From: Phoronis australis
Lineage: Eukaryota; Animalia; Phoronida
Assembly (NCBI GenBank): GCA_002633005.1
Contig: NMRA01000467.1
Location: forward strand, 200,723-264,722
Length of the DNA stretch: 64,000 nucleotides
Direction: 5' to 3'
A program made the translations under genes and the position numbers. Of the stretch, positions 59,136 to 64,000 are shown piece after piece (the first letter of the stretch is position 1; the number at the start of each line of letters is the position of its first letter). Below the pieces are notes generated by a model that saw only the letters and a list, made by a program, of their open reading frames with translations, ran no database searches and was not told the DNA's origin.

Positions 59136-60419
59136 AGCTCAGTGTTCTCCACCTTGTTTTCCTGTACACCGTGTATTATCAGGCAGTTTCGTCTGGAATA
59201 TTGCTCGCTGTCGTCTAAACGCTCCTCCAGTTCGCTCACATGTCTATTTAGACTGTCAGTTTCGTCCTGTTGTTTTTGTAACATATCCTTGAACCTTTCG
59301 GTTAAGTGAAAACAGGCTTCACTGAGAGTACGTTCGAACATTTATATGAACATTCCTAATATTTCCGAGTCCTGGAGTGCAGATTTCATGCTTTGAATGA
59401 AGGTGTTCGCTTCCATGGTTAGGCTTTAGGGCTGATATTTTCGCAGGCTATGTTCCCGAATTCTAGATTACACCCGCCATGTTTCGAAGCAATGCGTTCG
59501 ATACTGTCTCAATAATTAAGTTGGACAATTTTCATGCTTTCCACTGTCTTTAGGTTAAAATGAAAGAAACATAGGTACAACAGCGGTCACAGGAAAAGGA
59601 AAAAGACGACAATTTTAAGAGGACTTGAAAAATTCCCAAACTAAATAATTTAATTTCACAAGCTACGGAAAAGTAACCAGTATCTTAAAAACATGCAGTG
59701 CGCACTGTGGGCAGAATTGAGTACTTCCAGCAACTTTGTAGAGTGACACATCCAACATCCGCATAGGTAAATTGCAGCATTTCCATGTAACGTGAAGCAG
59801 AAAATCCTGACTGTGCTGTATGTGATATCAAGGATTTATTGTATCAAATATTCTGCAAAGATGGAATTAAGTTAGCGTTCCCAAACGTGGAATCTGTGCA
59901 GAAAATGTTTTAGAGGCGCATGGTCATTAATTAAGAGGAGCCCGAAAGCAGCATTCGCTTGATGCCAACTCAAGAGCTGTTGAACAGAAATCCAATTACT
60001 AGATACTGTAGTGGTTCATTTATTTAAAAACAAGAAGAAGTCCTCGTGTCAGGCCCTCTGATTGTTTGATTAGGTGAAGTTTATTAATATATTTTAGTTG
60101 TTTGACATTGCATGGGATCGAAATTCCCGCGCTTCAACCGTCGCCGCCCGACTGATTTCGCAGTGGGAAGTGCAACATGACGTCCTTCATCCATGAATAT
60201 CTTAAGAGGTTTAACTTTTCCCGTGAACCAGTAGTACACTATACAGTACAGCAGCGTAAATTTGTCGGCAGGAGAGGTGTTAAAACGCTTTATACCAGTA
60301 AGTTGTAACCTCCCATCCGCGGCATTACAAGGGACCTGTAGGTGCCGCTGAACGCCTGTCCAATCCAGACCTGACCAGGATAGCGAATTCCAATATAGTC
60401 AGGTTCACTGTGTCCAAAT

Positions 60420-61000
60420 TTTGACATTTGTTGTAATTTTTTGGAGAACGTCGAAACTATAAATTTTCGGAAACCTTTTGGAATGACACCCAGAAAATAA
60501 TTGATTCCATTTTTGGCGGCCATCTTGGCAGCCATCTTGAATTCTTTTAACTATTCTGGGGGCTCGTAGCTGCCATTAAAAATACCTTAAATTTATATGT
60601 ATCATTTTAGAAATAACGTTTTTCAATTCCTTGGCCCTCAAAATGTAGGTGCAGCCATTAAAACTAACATTCTAAATGACAAGAGCAAAGATACTGAACA
60701 AAATGTATTTTACCGGCGCTATTTTTGAAATTCCAAGATGGCCGGCGAGATGGCTGCCCATGAAATTAAAATTCCATTTCCTTGACCTCAGAACTGCAGG
60801 TGTAGCCATTAAAACCAACATTCTAAGTGACCCATAAGCGGAGATATTGGGCAAAATCCATTTTACCGGTGCCATTTCTGAAATTCCAAGATGGCCACCA
60901 AGATGGCCGCCAAAAAATGGAATCAATTATTTTCTGATTCGTTATTTCATGAGGTTTCCAAAAATTTGTAGTTTCCGCTTTCCCCAAAAAATTCCAACAA
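60420..61000. mobile_element. Foldback MITE rich in CAAGATGGC motifs
   Basis: Inverted arms cagaaaataattgattccatttttggcggccatcttgg / ccaagatggccgccaaaaaatggaatcaattattttctg, plus an internal ~150-bp direct duplication. Confidence 0.7.
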
Positions 61001-61744
61001 AATTACACAACAAGCAATGTTTATAGACGATGCATAGGGGAATTCAGGGCGGTCAAGGGGTCCGGACTACACTTTTTTCTCTTGATTTTAGTAATTTCAA
61101 ATCTAAAATTTTCAAATTGTTGACTTGGACCACCTTTTATATTTATCTGGTCCGAACAAGTGAACCACAGTAAGGCTCCTTACTCTTCGTTCCGTTAAAA
61201 TGATCCAAACGTTTTTATAAACATCAAACCTCAACTCGCAGCAGCATAACCAAACTTAACTTACAGAACAGTCTAAAACAACGAATAATGTCTTGCAACT
61301 ATAAAAAGACACGCATTTCCATTCAGTAACTTCATTAATTTTAGTAATTTTACAACCATAGGCGTTTGTTTTAGTTAAAATAATTGCGAAGCTAGACGTA
61401 CGTACGTACATAAATGTGCTAACATTCAATTAATCAGATAAAGAAATATCTAAAATATTGACCTCACCATAATTTGATTACAACAATTTACTAATAATGC
61501 GTTTCCCAATGCTTAATAATGTAAAGCTAAAAGCTAATTCTCTTCAACAAGTCAATTGCACAGTCCACCTCAAAGCTGGCGAATGAATTTCGTAGGTGTA
61601 TACCTGCTGCAAAGTGAACACTCAGTCTGTTCACCTCAAACATGCATATTGTCAAAGGAACACTTCAAAATCCCAGTTTACCAAGTGTGCCCCTTGAATC
61701 CTTTTCACGTCAGTAACCTATACGGTTCCTTCCAAGGCGGTTGA

Positions 61745-63454
61745 CTACAGTCCCAGAAACGTACGTGTTCTCTTGGTACGGTCGAAGTACCGTCTATCGA
61801 GGTTGACATTGTGCAGGAAATCTGGAAACTCTTCAAACAGCTCGTTGCAAGCCACGTCAGGGTGAGTCAACAGGTATGAGATGGCGCCACTGGTACCCTG
61901 GGTGGTCATTCCGGTGCCGCCATGACCTTCGCTGGTGATGAAATTTGGCGCCAAGCGATAGAAGAGCGTAAAGTTACGATAGTTGATGGAGCGCGGGCAA
62001 GGTTTGAAGGATACTACTCCTTGAATACGATCTCCAAACAGCCTTCGACAGAGAGCCATGATGTAAAGCAGATAAGTTCCTGGAATTGGAAAGACCGTGG
62101 CAATCAGGTAATCATCTTCTCATACGAAATCCGAGACAACCGGAAGAGTATGAATCGCTCTATGCAGTAATTTTAACTTGCAGGCGTAATCGTAAATATG
62201 AGTCACTGCAACACTTTACAGCCCACCTTTATGTAAATAAGTACTCTAGTGACCCAAAACTCATCAACACCCAAGAGCACCGGATCACGAATCCTCATAT
62301 GTACCGTTTTCATTGTCTGAATCAACTGGCTCCGCCCAAAGGCTTACAATTTGCTGTCATCAAAATGTTTCCAACACAAAAAGAAAATGTCGAATTATGC
62401 CGTGACGGTAGAAAATTGTGGCGAGAAGGGTGTTAGCGAACATTTTAAGACTCAAAGTGTCGTTGAGTCAATGCATGTTTAGGCTTGGATAAGTTTCGGA
62501 GTTCAAAAGTGTATCGACTCCCTGTAGTATTTCAGGAGAGATCGTGTATTTCTATGGAATTCCAAGGCTGTCACTTGTTAACTTGTAGCCTTCATTTTGG
62601 CGTATTTTTGCAATGCCTCGTTTTTGAAACTTTCAAAGTAAGACTGATTACGTGGGCCTAATAAATTCACCTGGGAGAACAAAATAATTCATTTTGAGAA
62701 CATGGAGCGGTACGGTCGGGGATATCTAACGTTGTCGTATGAGGCTTCGATGTTCTGCAGAGACCAGTGGCCGGTTGCATGAAACAGTCCCAAATAGGGA
62801 CTCAACCAAGGCCCCTAAGTCCTTTTGCGTATTTGTGTCTTTATGGAGTCACAGATGCAATATTTTTCTATCATTTCATCTTTATTATGAGCTCATCTTT
62901 GATTAATGACATTTTCTAATAATATAATTAAAATCTGAGCCCAGAGTTCATTGAAAATCAATAGTGACTCAGTACTTAAATTGGGGTTGTTGCATGAAAA
63001 GATCCCTAATTATTTTCGATAATGTTGACAATTCAACGTAGAGTTCACTCTCGATTTGTATCAAAGTCAAAAGTTGACTTGGTAATGAAACTAAAACAAC
63101 AAAAGAAAGGGCAATCGTTGTTTCCACAAGTCCAAAAATGCGCTGTAGATTTAGGGAATTTAGTGAGTCCCTATTTGGGACTGTTTCATGCAACTGGGCA
63201 CAGTAGGCTACGGATGCACCTAAGTATCTTGTAGCAATCTCGGGCTGTCAGCAATTACCTGGCACCCCTCGACTGGCGATGTTCCCTCCAAGCGCAACCT
63301 TGACTAGACTGACGTCATCCTTCTCGGAATATGCTATGGGCGTAATGTGAGTAATATGGTACTCTAACGTTGGAATTCGTCCTTTCAAGAGAATGTACCC
63401 CGACACTCCTGGCGCAGTGACGATGTGGTCTGTGGCCTTTCTGGAGCCGAAAAG
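61745..63454 (-). CDS. FAD-dependent oxidoreductase (DAO/DadA-like), last two coding exons; 5' exons not identified here, probably right of the window
   Basis: Exons 63259-63454 (acceptor tttccag, phase-1 donor G|GTAATT) and 61745-62079 (acceptor ctttccaattccag) join in frame. The product PCPRS...PNFITSEGHGGTGMTTQGTSG resembles the C-terminal RP...N...GHG.xG.T FAD-binding motif of the DAO family. Confidence 0.6.
62768..63200. mobile_element. PIF/Harbinger-like MITE with CAG TSD
   Basis: ~37-bp TIRs tggccggttgcatgaaacagtcccaaatagggactca / tgagtccctatttgggactgtttcatgcaactgggca, with cag at 62765-62767 and 63201-63203. Confidence 0.8.
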
Positions 63455-64000
63455 CTGGAAATTGAATGTCTGTCGGTTACCTTAGGGAAACAAATCTGGT
63501 AAAGCTAGTTGAATACTTGCACTGTTATATCCTGCACTATCACGGAATTAATTTAAAGTATACATGTAGGTCTAAGGGGAACTCGCAGTTCATGCAGTAG
63601 CTGGTTCTATGCCTAAAAGCTACATGTAGATGTCGGGTAAACTCGAGCTCAGTAGGACCGTCTCGGATTACACGGCGATAGAGGTCTCCCGTTTTGTCCC
63701 GGAGATAACAAAGCGTGTGACCTAGTTTTGGAAAACAGGCACATTGATGTCGGGAAGGGGGAGAATTTTAGATCAGGCATCCATGGGTATTTATTAAGTT
63801 TCTCAAACGTTTTCATGCCGGAGTTGCAGCCGACAGGACAGCCAAGTAGTACTTCGTTGGCATTGCCGGGAAGAACGAATGGATCGAGTAATACAACAGA
63901 GACAAACTTGAAAAGAATAAGGCTGCAACAAATAACATGTTAAACTCCAGTGGCACGAAAACGAGGCATCAAATGTGCCTGTCGGACGTTTACAGCATTG

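Larger units (their letters stand above)
55977..59668 (-). mobile_element. Polyadenylated retroelement encoding only a CR1/L2/Crack-type ORF1, split by RTE and Penelope insertions
   Basis: ORF1 N-part (~59417-59140): coiled coil then ERLDDSEQYSRRNCLIIHGVQE. C-part (~56740-56501): RFISYRKR...LNENLTKR...YVRDGKIFIK. AATAAA at 56005-56010, an A-tail at 55978-55992, and a possible TSD aaaagtaa at 55968-55975 and 59669-59676. Confidence 0.6.

Noticed and set aside
58895-59341. Novel 148-aa fusion protein
   Set aside because: A chance in-frame junction between a broken ORF1 (stop just upstream) and a frameshifted RTE fragment.

Overview
This is AT-rich, intron-rich animal genomic DNA (probably a marine invertebrate draft assembly, with gaps at 2687-3276, 6246 and 34969). 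It is not prokaryotic, and I see no CRISPR array, operon or rRNA. Four spliced genes were reconstructed by hand with consistent splice phases. (1) CFAP74, minus strand, 19 coding exons running off the left edge and including a GC-AG intron. (2) A two-exon plus-strand C2H2 zinc-finger gene (749 aa), head-to-head with CFAP74, whose first exon encodes a GGxRxGAGRP motif plus a predicted ribbon-helix-helix-like module. (3) A KIF25-type kinesin-14, minus strand, whose switch-II (DLAGSE) exon is absent, probably lost in the gap at 34969. (4) The last two exons of a divergent DAO/DadA-like FAD oxidoreductase, minus strand. Introns and intergenic DNA hold many mobile elements: Tx1/L1 fragments with TSDs, a nested ORF1-only/RTE/Penelope cluster with a hammerhead ribozyme relic, piggyBac, Kolobok, hAT and Harbinger MITEs, tRNA-derived SINE heads, and a Helentron-like repeat carrying arrays of CTCF-like motifs. 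I found no clearly new biological system. The best leads are the RHH-like/C2H2 fusion protein, the CTCF-motif-bearing repeat, the ORF1-only retroelement and the DAO-like gene. All family assignments rest on recognised motifs, not database searches.
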